Source: Anaerolineales bacterium (GTDB taxonomy: Bacteria > Chloroflexota > Anaerolineae > Anaerolineales > UBA11579). From it: 64,000 bases of DNA. The stretch is from the NCBI GenBank assembly GCA_016932165.1, contig JAFGDK010000103.1, positions 28,068 through 92,067 on the forward strand, in the 5' to 3' direction. Under the pieces are notes generated by a model that was not told the DNA's origin, ran no database searches, and saw nothing but the letters and a program-made list of their open reading frames with translations. The position numbers and the translations under genes are program-made. Positions 36,768-46,244 of this stretch are shown piece after piece. Each line of letters begins with the position of its first letter. Position 1 is the stretch's first letter.

Positions 36768-38365
36768 CCGAATCATACAAAATGCTTCGCGAGGGGAGAA
36801 AACAAGAGCTGTGGAACAAACATTGCGGCTATGTCACGCTGAAACCAAAAGATTTTTTGGAAATTCAAACCCGCTTGTTGCAAGAACAGTTAAAACTGAT
36901 TGGGGCATCACAGCTTGGACAGACGATCATAGGGGAACACCCACCGCAAACGGTGGAGGAATTCAGGCAAACAGTTCCCTTCACGACATATTCCGATTAC
37001 GAAGATTTGCTGGCTGAGAGAAATGAGGAAATCCTCCCGGTAAAACCTCATGTCTGGGCGCGCACATCCGGCAGGACCTCTGATAAAGGGCCCAAGTGGG
37101 TTCCCTACCCAAAACTGATGTACGAACGCCTAGGTGATGCTGTTGTCGGGGCCATGTTGATGGCCTCCTGTTCCTTTCCCGGAGATGTGCGGCTGGAACG
37201 CAACGATAAATTACTGCTTGCCACCGCACCCCCGCCCTATACTTCAGGCTACATCAGCCGCGCCTGCGAAGAGCAGTTGGAGGTCCAATTCCTGCCGCCA
37301 ATTGAGGAGGGCGAGAAGATGGACTACGGCACCCGGTTGGCGGCCGGCTTCCAACTGGCTATGCGCCATGGCCTGGACTACTTCATGGGGCTGGCCAGCG
37401 TGCTTGCCCGGATGGGCGAGCAGTTTGAATCAACCTCAGGCAGCACGACCAAACCCTCAAAGGACCTCCTCAACCCGCGCGTGCTGTGGCGTTTACTACG
37501 CGCCCTGATTATCACCAAAATTCAGAACCGCAATTTACTGCCAAAAGATATCTGGAAATTAAAAGGGATCATGTCGGGTGGAACGGATACAAACATATAT
37601 CGGGACAAGATTGAATATTATTGGGGCTTCAAACCACTTGAAGGGTATGCCACCACCGAATTCGGCAACCTGGCAATGCAGTCCTGGAATTTTAGGGGGA
37701 TGACATTTTTCCCGGATGCCGCTTTCTTCGAATTTATTCCTATAGAGGAGCACCGGAGGAACAAGGAAGAACCCAACTATATTCCAAGGACAGTCCTTTA
37801 CACTGACCTGGAACCAGGGATCTATGAAATTGTGCTGACCAGCTTCCATGGCGGCGTATTCCTACGTTACAGGATCGGTGACTTTTTTGAAGTCATATCA
37901 ATCGGAGACGATGAAATTAACTCCTCACTGCCTCAGCTCTCCTTTTACTCCCGGGTTACTGATATCATCGATATCGGCAATATTGCCCGTTTCACCGAGA
38001 GGGATATCTGGAAAGCGCTGGAGAATGCAAACCTGCCATACACAGATTGGATTGTTCGCAAAGAACACCTGAATGCACATCCCCAACTGCATATCTACAT
38101 CGAACCCAAGGCAGATGCAGCGATCGATTCAGTTGAAGCTAAACAGAAAATCGACAACCACCTTGGCAATCTGGTTGCTGAATATGAAGACCTAAAAACC
38201 ATGTTTGACTACGACCCGTTGGTGGTCAGCCTGCTGCCTGAGGGAGCTTTCCAGACCTATATGGCGGCGCAGGTGGCAGCTGGTGCTGATCTTGCACACA
38301 TTAAACCGCCGCATATGCAGCCCTCAGATCAAGTCATGTCGAGACTGAAAGAAGTCAAGGATTGA
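36764..38365 (+). CDS. GH3-family (auxin-responsive GH3-like) adenylate-forming acyl-acid amido synthetase homologue
   Basis: ARTSGRTSDKGPKWVPYP resembles the GH3 ATP/AMP motif (S-S-G-T-S-x-G-x-x-K-x-x-P). GYATTEFGNL is also present. ~530 aa. ATGA overlap with the methyltransferase stop. The alternative is another ANL-superfamily ligase. Confidence 0.45.
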   Translation: MTESYKMLREGRKQELWNKHCGYVTLKPKDFLEIQTRLLQEQLKLIGASQLGQTIIGEHPPQTVEEFRQTVPFTTYSDYEDLLAERNEEILPVKPHVWARTSGRTSDKGPKWVPYPKLMYERLGDAVVGAMLMASCSFPGDVRLERNDKLLLATAPPPYTSGYISRACEEQLEVQFLPPIEEGEKMDYGTRLAAGFQLAMRHGLDYFMGLASVLARMGEQFESTSGSTTKPSKDLLNPRVLWRLLRALIITKIQNRNLLPKDIWKLKGIMSGGTDTNIYRDKIEYYWGFKPLEGYATTEFGNLAMQSWNFRGMTFFPDAAFFEFIPIEEHRRNKEEPNYIPRTVLYTDLEPGIYEIVLTSFHGGVFLRYRIGDFFEVISIGDDEINSSLPQLSFYSRVTDIIDIGNIARFTERDIWKALENANLPYTDWIVRKEHLNAHPQLHIYIEPKADAAIDSVEAKQKIDNHLGNLVAEYEDLKTMFDYDPLVVSLLPEGAFQTYMAAQVAAGADLAHIKPPHMQPSDQVMSRLKEVKD

Positions 38366-38371
38366 TCTACA

Positions 38372-40318
38372 TTGATTAGCTGGTCGATAACAACCATCAT
38401 TCCACTCATTGCGTCGATAATCTATGGGGGATTATTCGTCATCGTCCTGCTGTCTGTTCCGCTAAACCGCCAGCGGCGGATTTTTGTTGTCTACCTGTTC
38501 TCAATGCTGATCTGGTCGACCAGTGCCTTTATGACTGTCTCTGGCCTTGTGAGTGTGCTGCCCTGGTTCAGGATCATGAGCACCGCTCCTATCCTGATGA
38601 TGATCGCGATCTTTTTCTTTGTCCAGGAGATCTTTGCCAAAAAGCGCACCTGGACCACATGGATCGTTTTGTATGCGATGATTACAACGGTTCTCTTCCT
38701 GGGCACCAATCTTGTGATCAAATCTGCCTCATTAGCGGAAGATTCAACCCTGGTATATGAATTTTCTAATTGGGTCTATCTGATTGCCGGCATCGGCTAT
38801 GCCCTGATCGTAATCAGCCAGATCGAACTCATCCAAGGTCTAAAGGAAACAGATAACCCCCTCCAGCGGACCCGCCTGCAATACCTGGTTATCGGCCTGT
38901 CAATCACCATCCTGGCCTCACTGGTAAATTTTACCCCGCTTGGCGTTTACCCCATTGATATCGCTGCCAACGGGATCACTGCAATTCTGATCGCTTACTC
39001 AATCACGCGCTATCAACTGCTTGAGATCCGAGTGGTACTCCGGGCCGGTTTGCTTTATACCATAATGACCACCCTGCTGGGCGCTATGTATTACCTGATC
39101 ATCTATTTCTCTATTTACCAATTTAATCTATTGTCGGGCCAATCGGTGCTCTCGATCTCGATCTTGATCGCCTTGCTGACCTCACTGACGCTGACACCAC
39201 TCAGAAACAGGTTCCAGAGCGTTATTGACCGGGTGTTTTATCGTCAGCGTTATAATGCCGGCTTGATGCTGGAAAGGCTTAGCGAAGCCACAGCATCCAT
39301 GCTGCACCTTGATCAGATCACCTCGGTGATTTTGGATGAGGTCACCGAGACGCTTTTCACCAATCACGCCGCCATCTATGTGAAAAAGAACTCCCCGGGT
39401 AATTACAAATTAATTGCAAGACACAATCTCAATCCAAAGGCACCTGCTGTATTGCGCAGCGACCACCCGATCATCCGGCAGCTCTCAAGCAGCCCGAACA
39501 TTATCACCCGCTTCGATCTATACAACCTGCCCACCTACCGGGGAATTTGGGCTGAAGAGCGAGAAGACCTGGAAATTCTACAAATGGACCTTTTTATCCC
39601 GCTGCAGGCCAAAGGAGAACTGGTTGGGATTCTAGGAATCGGGCCTAAACTTTCCAGGCAGGAATACTCCCAGGAAGACCAGCGAACCCTGACCACCCTG
39701 GGCAACCAGATGGCAGTAGCAGTAGAGAACGCCCGACTTTATGAGGAACTGGAAAAAACCTTTGTAGAAACGGTGGTCGCCCTGGCAAACGCCATCGACC
39801 TGAGGGACACATACACCAGCAACCACAGCCAGCAGATAGCGACGATGGCACGGGAAGTTGCCCGGCAACTCGAGCTTTCTGCCCAGGAAATTGAGGCGGT
39901 GTATTGGGGCGGGCTGCTGCATGATATCGGCAAGATCGGGATCCCCGATTCAATCCTGCAGAAACCGGCCAAACTCGATGAGAGTGAATGGAATCTAATC
40001 AAGACTCACCCTAAACTGGGTGCTGACCTGGTCGCAAAGATCCATAAACTTGAGCATATAGCTCCCTTAATAGAATTCAGCCATGAACGATTCGACGGTA
40101 CCGGATATCCCCACGGTGTAAAGGGGGATGAGATTCCCATCGGCGCACGGATTGTTGGTGTGGTGGATTCATTTTCCGCCATGATCGACGAACGCCCGTA
40201 TAAACCTCCTCTCAATGAAGAGGCAGCCCTTGAGGAAATAGAAAGGAATGCCGGCGTACTTTACGATCCCAAAGTGGTACAGGCGTTTTTCAGAGTATAC
40301 AATTCCACCAGCATTTAA
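38372..40318 (+). CDS. membrane sensor with an N-terminal multi-TM domain, a GAF-like domain and a C-terminal HD-GYP c-di-GMP phosphodiesterase
   Basis: Roughly 7-8 TM helices in the first 290 aa. HDIGKIGIPDSIL (HD motif) and FDGTGYPHG (GYP motif). TTG start as in the ORF track. Confidence 0.8.
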   Translation: MISWSITTIIPLIASIIYGGLFVIVLLSVPLNRQRRIFVVYLFSMLIWSTSAFMTVSGLVSVLPWFRIMSTAPILMMIAIFFFVQEIFAKKRTWTTWIVLYAMITTVLFLGTNLVIKSASLAEDSTLVYEFSNWVYLIAGIGYALIVISQIELIQGLKETDNPLQRTRLQYLVIGLSITILASLVNFTPLGVYPIDIAANGITAILIAYSITRYQLLEIRVVLRAGLLYTIMTTLLGAMYYLIIYFSIYQFNLLSGQSVLSISILIALLTSLTLTPLRNRFQSVIDRVFYRQRYNAGLMLERLSEATASMLHLDQITSVILDEVTETLFTNHAAIYVKKNSPGNYKLIARHNLNPKAPAVLRSDHPIIRQLSSSPNIITRFDLYNLPTYRGIWAEEREDLEILQMDLFIPLQAKGELVGILGIGPKLSRQEYSQEDQRTLTTLGNQMAVAVENARLYEELEKTFVETVVALANAIDLRDTYTSNHSQQIATMAREVARQLELSAQEIEAVYWGGLLHDIGKIGIPDSILQKPAKLDESEWNLIKTHPKLGADLVAKIHKLEHIAPLIEFSHERFDGTGYPHGVKGDEIPIGARIVGVVDSFSAMIDERPYKPPLNEEAALEEIERNAGVLYDPKVVQAFFRVYNSTSI

Positions 40319-40335
40319 CCCCAGCCCACGAGATG

Positions 40336-42006
40336 TTATCCCCGTTTGAGGGACCGGTATTTACGGCTGCCGCCCTGCCAGGCATCCCCGTGCATCTTGC
40401 GCTGGTATTCTTCGTAGTCTGTCCAGTTTCCCAGCACCAGGTCCAGCTTCCCATCCCCCTGGAAGGCAAGGATATGGGTGGCGATCCGGTCGAGGAACCA
40501 GCGGTCGTGGCTGACCACAATGGCACAGCCGGCGAAGGCATCCAGCGCGTCTTCCAGGGCGCGCAGCGTGTTTACATCCAGGTCGTTGGTCGGCTCGTCC
40601 AGCATAATCACATTCCCGCCGGCGATCATGGTCTTGGCCAGGTGAACCCGGTTGCGCTCACCGCCTGAAAGCGACTTGACCTGCTTCTGCTGGTCGGACC
40701 CTGTGAAGTTAAATGAGGCCACATAGGCCCGAGAATTGATCTTTCGCGCCCCCAGAGTGAGGATATCGGAGCCCTCCGAAATCTCCTCCCAGACGGTCTT
40801 CTCCCCATCCAGGTTGCGGAACTGGTCCTGGTAGGCCAGCACAACCGTCTCGCCGACCTTGATCGCGCCGCCGTCCGGGGTTTCCTGCCCGGCAATCATC
40901 TTCAACAGTGTGGACTTTCCCACCCCGTTCGGCCCGACCACCCCGATGATGCTGCCAGGCGGGATGGTGGCGGAGAAAGTGTCAATCAGGGTGCGCTCGC
41001 CGTAGCCCTTGGTGACCCCATCCAGCTCGATGACTGTCTTGCCCAAACGCGGCCCGGGCGGCAGGTAGATCTCCAGGTCTTCCCGGCGGGACTCAAATTC
41101 CTGACCGAGCAAGGATTCATAGGCATTCACGCGGGCTTTACCCTTGGCCTGCCGCGCCTTGGGTGACATCCGGATCCATTCCAGCTCGCGTTCCAACGTC
41201 TTCTGCCGCTTGGACTCCGATTTCTCTTCCAGGCGCAGGCGCTCTTCCTTTTGCTCCAGCCAGGAGGAATAATTCCCCTTCCAGGGGATGCCGTAACCGC
41301 GGTCTAGCTCGAGGATCCAGCCAGCCACGTTATCGAGGAAGTAGCGGTCGTGGGTCACGGCGATCACCGTGCCGCGATAGTCCTGCAGGTGACGCTCCAG
41401 CCAGGCGGTTGCCTCGGCATCCAGGTGATTGGTGGGCTCATCCAGCAACAGGATGTCCGGTTCGGTCAGCAGCAGGCGGGTCAGCGCTACCCGGCGGCGT
41501 TCCCCTCCCGAGAGTACCTTCACGGGGGTATCCGGCGGCGGGCAGCCCAGCGCTTCCATCGCAATTTCCAGGTGGTTATCCAGGTTCCAGGCATCCAGGC
41601 GGTCGATCTCCTCCATCAGTCTACCCTGCTCTTCCAGCAGGGCATCAAAATCGGCATCTGGGTCGCCAAAGCTGGCATTGACCTGATCGTAGCGGCTCAG
41701 CAGTTCCACAATTGGCTGCACCGCTTCCTGGACAGTCTCGTGGACGGTTTTGGTCTCGTCGAGCTCTGGCTCCTGCTCCAGGTAGCCGACCGTGTAGCCT
41801 TTGCTCATCGCAATCTGGCCGACATAGTCGGTATCCACGCCAGCCATGATCTTCAGCAAGGTGGACTTCCCGGCCCCGTTGAGACCCAGCACCCCGATCT
41901 TGGCCCCGTAGAAAAAGCCCAGCGAGATATCTCGCAATACCTGCTTGTTAGGAGGATAGATGCGCCCCACCCGCACCATCGAATAGATCACTTTTTCATC
42001 GTTCAT
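40336..42006 (-). CDS. ettA: ABC-F family energy-dependent translational throttle protein EttA
   Basis: 556 aa. N-terminus VIYSMVRVGRIYPPNKQVLRDISLGFFYGAKIGVLGLNGAGKSTLL closely matches EttA. Two ABC cassettes with an inter-domain linker. Confidence 0.85.
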   Translation of the reverse strand: MNDEKVIYSMVRVGRIYPPNKQVLRDISLGFFYGAKIGVLGLNGAGKSTLLKIMAGVDTDYVGQIAMSKGYTVGYLEQEPELDETKTVHETVQEAVQPIVELLSRYDQVNASFGDPDADFDALLEEQGRLMEEIDRLDAWNLDNHLEIAMEALGCPPPDTPVKVLSGGERRRVALTRLLLTEPDILLLDEPTNHLDAEATAWLERHLQDYRGTVIAVTHDRYFLDNVAGWILELDRGYGIPWKGNYSSWLEQKEERLRLEEKSESKRQKTLERELEWIRMSPKARQAKGKARVNAYESLLGQEFESRREDLEIYLPPGPRLGKTVIELDGVTKGYGERTLIDTFSATIPPGSIIGVVGPNGVGKSTLLKMIAGQETPDGGAIKVGETVVLAYQDQFRNLDGEKTVWEEISEGSDILTLGARKINSRAYVASFNFTGSDQQKQVKSLSGGERNRVHLAKTMIAGGNVIMLDEPTNDLDVNTLRALEDALDAFAGCAIVVSHDRWFLDRIATHILAFQGDGKLDLVLGNWTDYEEYQRKMHGDAWQGGSRKYRSLKRG

Positions 42007-42204
42007 GGGGTCAATTGTACCGTGAAACTAGCTGGGAGAAATTCTTGATTGACGGCGGTTGATCAAACTGATATAGTGATTGTATAAAATCATCACATCC
42101 CTCTCAACATTCCTGTTTCATCACCGAGGCACCCCTCACCCACCAGATGGAACTTATCCTGAGAAATCTCTCAACAACCCAATTACCTCAAAAGGAGAAA
42201 ATCT

Positions 42205-43569
42205 ATGCGACCTGTTTATGCTGTGTCAGGCGGGGTCTCTAAGTTTGCCAAAGCCCGTCCCGACAAAACCTTCCAGGCGATTGTCAAAGAAGCCTACGAC
42301 TATGCCATAGCAGATATCGGCCTGGATTTTCCAACCTTCACCTCCCTTGTGGATGGATCGGTGGCCTCCTATTTCTCGGACCATTTTTCCCGCCAGCTGA
42401 TGGCCGCCATCATGGCGCAGGATTACCTCGGTCTGATCCCCAAACCCAGCCACCGCGTGGAAGGCGGCGGGGCAACGGGCGGCTTGAACTTCCAGGAAGC
42501 ATGGAAATCTATCGCCTCCGGACACATGGATATCTGCGTCTCATACGGTTTCGAGACTATGAGCCATGTGGAGACCTGGAAAGGCAACGAGTTCATCGCC
42601 CTGGCCTCAGATGCCTCCTGGGATTATCCGGTTGGTGGGTTTTACTCCGGCTACTACGCCATGATGGTCACCCGGCACATGAAAGAATTCGGCACCACTG
42701 TCGAGCAGATGGCGCACGTCTCGGTCAAGAACCACATCAACGCCTACCATAACCCCTACGCCCAGAAGCGCAGCCGCTACACGATCGAGGACATCCGCAA
42801 TTCGCCCATGGTCGCCTGGCCGCTGACCCGGCTGGATATCTGCGTGATGTCCGACGGCGCGGCGGCCACCATCCTGGTCTCGGAAGAGGGTTTGGAGAAG
42901 CTTGAGAAAGCTGGCGCCAACATCCCCCGCCCACTGGTTCTCGTAACCGGGATCGGGCGCGGCACGGATGCCATGCGCATGTCCGACCGGCCGCACGCGG
43001 ATTACGACACCTTCATGCGTGATTACGCCACAGAGCAGGAGCGCGGATCGGATGAAACCAGAGCCTACTACCAAAAGCTCTGGGATCACGGCACCCGCTA
43101 CCCCGGGGTGCACTCTTTCCGTGCCGGGCGCACCGCGGGCAACATGGCCTACCAGCACGCCGGGATCAGCGACCCACTGGAAGAGCTGGACTTTGTCGAG
43201 CTGCACGATGCCTACACCTCCAGCGAGATCCAGACCTATGAAGACCTTGGCCTGTGCCGGTACGGCGAGGGAGGACCCTTCGCCGCTTCGGGGAAGGCAT
43301 TCATGCCCGGTGTGGACTACGGCCTGGACCTGGAGGATGATCCGGTCTGCCCGGTAAACCCCTCCGGCGGGTTGATCGCCTGCGGGCACCCTGTGGGTGC
43401 CACCGGTTTGATGCAAGCCGTCTTCGCCATCTGGCAGTTACAAAATTCAATTGAGAAACATTTCCAGGACAGCACACTTCAGCTAAAGGATGCCCGCAGA
43501 GGGGCAATCCATTCGCATGCCGGCACCGGCACTTACGTCACCGTCTCCATCCTGGAAAGGGAGGAGTAG
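42205..43569 (+). CDS. thiolase-fold protein lacking the nucleophilic cysteine (Ltp2-like aldolase / SCP-x-type thiolase-like protein)
   Basis: Thiolase-like N and C domains. The expected active-site block RVExACASG is replaced by RVEGGGATGG, so there is no nucleophilic Cys. Directly followed by a DUF35 gene. Confidence 0.6.
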   Translation: MRPVYAVSGGVSKFAKARPDKTFQAIVKEAYDYAIADIGLDFPTFTSLVDGSVASYFSDHFSRQLMAAIMAQDYLGLIPKPSHRVEGGGATGGLNFQEAWKSIASGHMDICVSYGFETMSHVETWKGNEFIALASDASWDYPVGGFYSGYYAMMVTRHMKEFGTTVEQMAHVSVKNHINAYHNPYAQKRSRYTIEDIRNSPMVAWPLTRLDICVMSDGAAATILVSEEGLEKLEKAGANIPRPLVLVTGIGRGTDAMRMSDRPHADYDTFMRDYATEQERGSDETRAYYQKLWDHGTRYPGVHSFRAGRTAGNMAYQHAGISDPLEELDFVELHDAYTSSEIQTYEDLGLCRYGEGGPFAASGKAFMPGVDYGLDLEDDPVCPVNPSGGLIACGHPVGATGLMQAVFAIWQLQNSIEKHFQDSTLQLKDARRGAIHSHAGTGTYVTVSILEREE

Positions 43570-43571
43570 TC

Positions 43572-44123
43572 ATGGCCAAGCTGACCAACAAACGCGAAGA
43601 AAACCTGGGCGGGTATATCGTTCACGGCATCCCGTTCCCCATCGAGACCGACCCGGACTCGCTCGCCTTCCTCAAAAAGATGGCGCCTATCCAGATCGAG
43701 CAGCCGTATGCGATCACCTACCTGCATTCCTACGGCCAGGACAGCCCCTGGTTTGCGGCAGTATCGAATAAAAAATTACTCACCACACAGGATCCGGAGT
43801 CTGGCTACACCTACGGCACACCACGCGGCCATGACATGTACAGCGGCAGTGAAACTGTCTGGATCGACATCACCGACCGCCCTGCCAAAGTTCATGCCTT
43901 CACCGTCTGCCACTTTGGCTCGGAGGAATTCCTGCCTGAAACGCCGTTTGTGCTGGCCCTGGTGCAGTTCGAAGGCGTCAATACTCTCTTCCTGACGCGT
44001 CTCTTGGGCGTGGACCCGGATGAAGCATCCCTGGATTGGATCGAGATGCCGGTAGAACCCCGATTTCTGCGCAACAGCAAGCTTAAACCAACCGATGTTT
44101 ATTTCGTCCCGGCCAGCGGATGA
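43572..44123 (+). CDS. DUF35 OB-fold protein with a degenerate (Cys-less) zinc ribbon, partner of the thiolase-like protein
   Basis: The OB-fold segment FTVCHFG...PFVLALVQFEG is typical of DUF35/ChsH2-C-like proteins. Only one Cys in the protein, so there is no Cys4 ribbon. 2-nt gap after the thiolase-like gene. Confidence 0.5.
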   Translation: MAKLTNKREENLGGYIVHGIPFPIETDPDSLAFLKKMAPIQIEQPYAITYLHSYGQDSPWFAAVSNKKLLTTQDPESGYTYGTPRGHDMYSGSETVWIDITDRPAKVHAFTVCHFGSEEFLPETPFVLALVQFEGVNTLFLTRLLGVDPDEASLDWIEMPVEPRFLRNSKLKPTDVYFVPASG

Positions 44124-44263
44124 CCAGATGATCTAAAAATTTGATCCCCACCCTGGCGAGGTTCACTGCCAGGGTGGAAGGTATTGCTGCACATCGCAGT
44201 CCTCAAGAATAAGTCTGATAGATCATGTGATGCAGGCAATCAAGGATAGAAAGGGTTAACAAA

Positions 44264-46213
44264 ATGGATGATGAAGACGACCGGGTTGTATGGCGTCCCT
44301 CTGAAGAGCAGATCGCGCACGCCAACGTCACCGCCTTCTTGCGGCAGATCGGCATCTCTGACTATTTTGAGATGATTGCCCAGTCCGCCGCAGACCCCGC
44401 CTGGTACACAGATCAATTACTAAAATTCCTGGATATCCGCTTCCGAAAGCCTTATCGCACTGTCCTTGACCTGCAGGACGGGATTGAATGGCCGCGCTGG
44501 TGTGTTGGAGGCGAGATAAACATCATCGACAACTGCCTCGACAAGCGCATGGAGACGGATACCGCCGATCAGCCCGCCCTGATCTGGGAAGGGGAGAACG
44601 GCAACACCCGCACTTTGACTTACCGCCAGCTTAACCACTTGGTCAACAAAACAGCCAATGCCCTGCGGAAGCTGGGTGTAAAAAAAGGGGATGCTGTCGG
44701 GCTGTTCCTGCCCATGGTCCCTGAAGTGGTGATTGCCCTGCTGTCTATCGCCAAGATCGGTGCGGTGATATTGCCGCTTTTCTCCGGCTACGGCGCAGCC
44801 GCGGTGCGGGACCGCATGGCGGATGCCAAGGCCCGCGCACTATTCACAGTTGATGGGGGATATCATAACGGCCGGCTGAACCCTCTCAAGGAAACTGCAG
44901 ACCAGGCCCTCGAGCCTCTGGGTCATGTAGAGCATGTCATCGTCGCCCGGTATGCAGAATGCTCAGTCACGATGCGGGCAGGGCGTGACCACTGGTGGCA
45001 TGACCTCGTTGATCCCCAGCCAGATGAGGCTGAAACTGAAAACACCTCAGCTGAGGATTTGATCATGCTGATCTACACCTCCGGCACCACCGGTAAACCC
45101 AAGGGAACGATGCACACCCATTGCGGTTTTCCGGTCAAAGTCACACAGGATGCCGCCTTCAACCAGGACGTTCACCCCGGCGAAGTGGTTTACTGGATCA
45201 CCGACATGGGCTGGATGATGGGCCCCTGGATTGTGTTCAGCACCCTGCTGTTGGGGGCGACTATGTTCATTTACAGCGGTTCTCCCACCTACCCCGACAT
45301 GGGGCGTATCTGGAAGATGGTGGAAAGACACCGGATCAATATGCTGGGCCTATCCCCCACCTTTGTCCGCGCCATCCGCCCCCACGGTACAGAACCAATC
45401 CGCAAATACGATCTCAGCAGCCTGCGCATGTTCTCCTCCACCGGCGAGCCGTGGACTCCCGAGGCCTGGAACTGGCTGTTCTACGAAGTGGGCGAAGGTA
45501 AACGCCCAATCATTAACTATACGGGCGGCACCGAGATCGGCGGGGGCATCTTGATGGATAGTCCGGTGCTGCCGATCAAACCGGCATCGTTTGCCTCTCC
45601 CTGCCCGGGGATAGATGCAGATGTGTATGATGAAGACGGCAAACCGGTGCGCGGCAAAGTTGGAGAACTGGTCTGCAAGTCGCCCTGGATCGGGATGACG
45701 CGCGGCTTCTGGAATGACCGGCAGCGCTATCTGGAGACCTACTGGACGCGCTGGCCTGGCGTGTGGGTGCACGGCGATTGGGCGCGCCTGGACAAAACCG
45801 GCACCTGGGAAGTTCTCGGCCGCTCTGATGACACCATCAAGGTGGCCGGTAAGCGGCTTGGCCCCGCCGAAGTGGAAGCGGCCCTGGATGGACATCCGAG
45901 CGTGGTCGAATCTGCTGCCATCGGTGTGCCGGATAAGATCAAAGGCTCAAGTGTGGTCTGCTTTGCTGTGCTTACTGACCCAGAAGAAGGCACAGAGGAG
46001 CTGCAATCAGCCCTTAAACAGCTGGTGATCGAACGTCTGGGAAAGCCTTTGGCGCCGCGGGAAATCATCTTCATCCGGAAACTTCCCAAAACACGCAACG
46101 GCAAGGTGATGCGCCGCATGATCCGGGCAGCCCACCTTAAGTTTGATCCTGGGGATACCTCAGCGCTGGAGGATCCCGCCGCACTGGCAGATATTCCCCC
46201 AATATCTAATTGA
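44264..46213 (+). CDS. AMP-forming acyl-CoA synthetase of the acetyl-/acetoacetyl-CoA synthetase family
   Basis: YTSGTTGKPKGTMHTH AMP-binding motif. The GDWARLDKTGTWEVLGRSDDTIKVAGKRLGPAEVEAAL A8/A10 region. ~650 aa with an ACS-type N-terminal extension. Confidence 0.8.
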   Translation: MDDEDDRVVWRPSEEQIAHANVTAFLRQIGISDYFEMIAQSAADPAWYTDQLLKFLDIRFRKPYRTVLDLQDGIEWPRWCVGGEINIIDNCLDKRMETDTADQPALIWEGENGNTRTLTYRQLNHLVNKTANALRKLGVKKGDAVGLFLPMVPEVVIALLSIAKIGAVILPLFSGYGAAAVRDRMADAKARALFTVDGGYHNGRLNPLKETADQALEPLGHVEHVIVARYAECSVTMRAGRDHWWHDLVDPQPDEAETENTSAEDLIMLIYTSGTTGKPKGTMHTHCGFPVKVTQDAAFNQDVHPGEVVYWITDMGWMMGPWIVFSTLLLGATMFIYSGSPTYPDMGRIWKMVERHRINMLGLSPTFVRAIRPHGTEPIRKYDLSSLRMFSSTGEPWTPEAWNWLFYEVGEGKRPIINYTGGTEIGGGILMDSPVLPIKPASFASPCPGIDADVYDEDGKPVRGKVGELVCKSPWIGMTRGFWNDRQRYLETYWTRWPGVWVHGDWARLDKTGTWEVLGRSDDTIKVAGKRLGPAEVEAALDGHPSVVESAAIGVPDKIKGSSVVCFAVLTDPEEGTEELQSALKQLVIERLGKPLAPREIIFIRKLPKTRNGKVMRRMIRAAHLKFDPGDTSALEDPAALADIPPISN

Positions 46214-46244
46214 TTGCTAAACCAAAGAATCAGGGAGTAAAAAA

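Noticed and set aside
42607-43416. 269-aa minus-strand ORF inside the thiolase-like gene
   Set aside because: GC-rich antisense frame (Gly/Ala/Arg/Pro-rich) with no recognisable domain.
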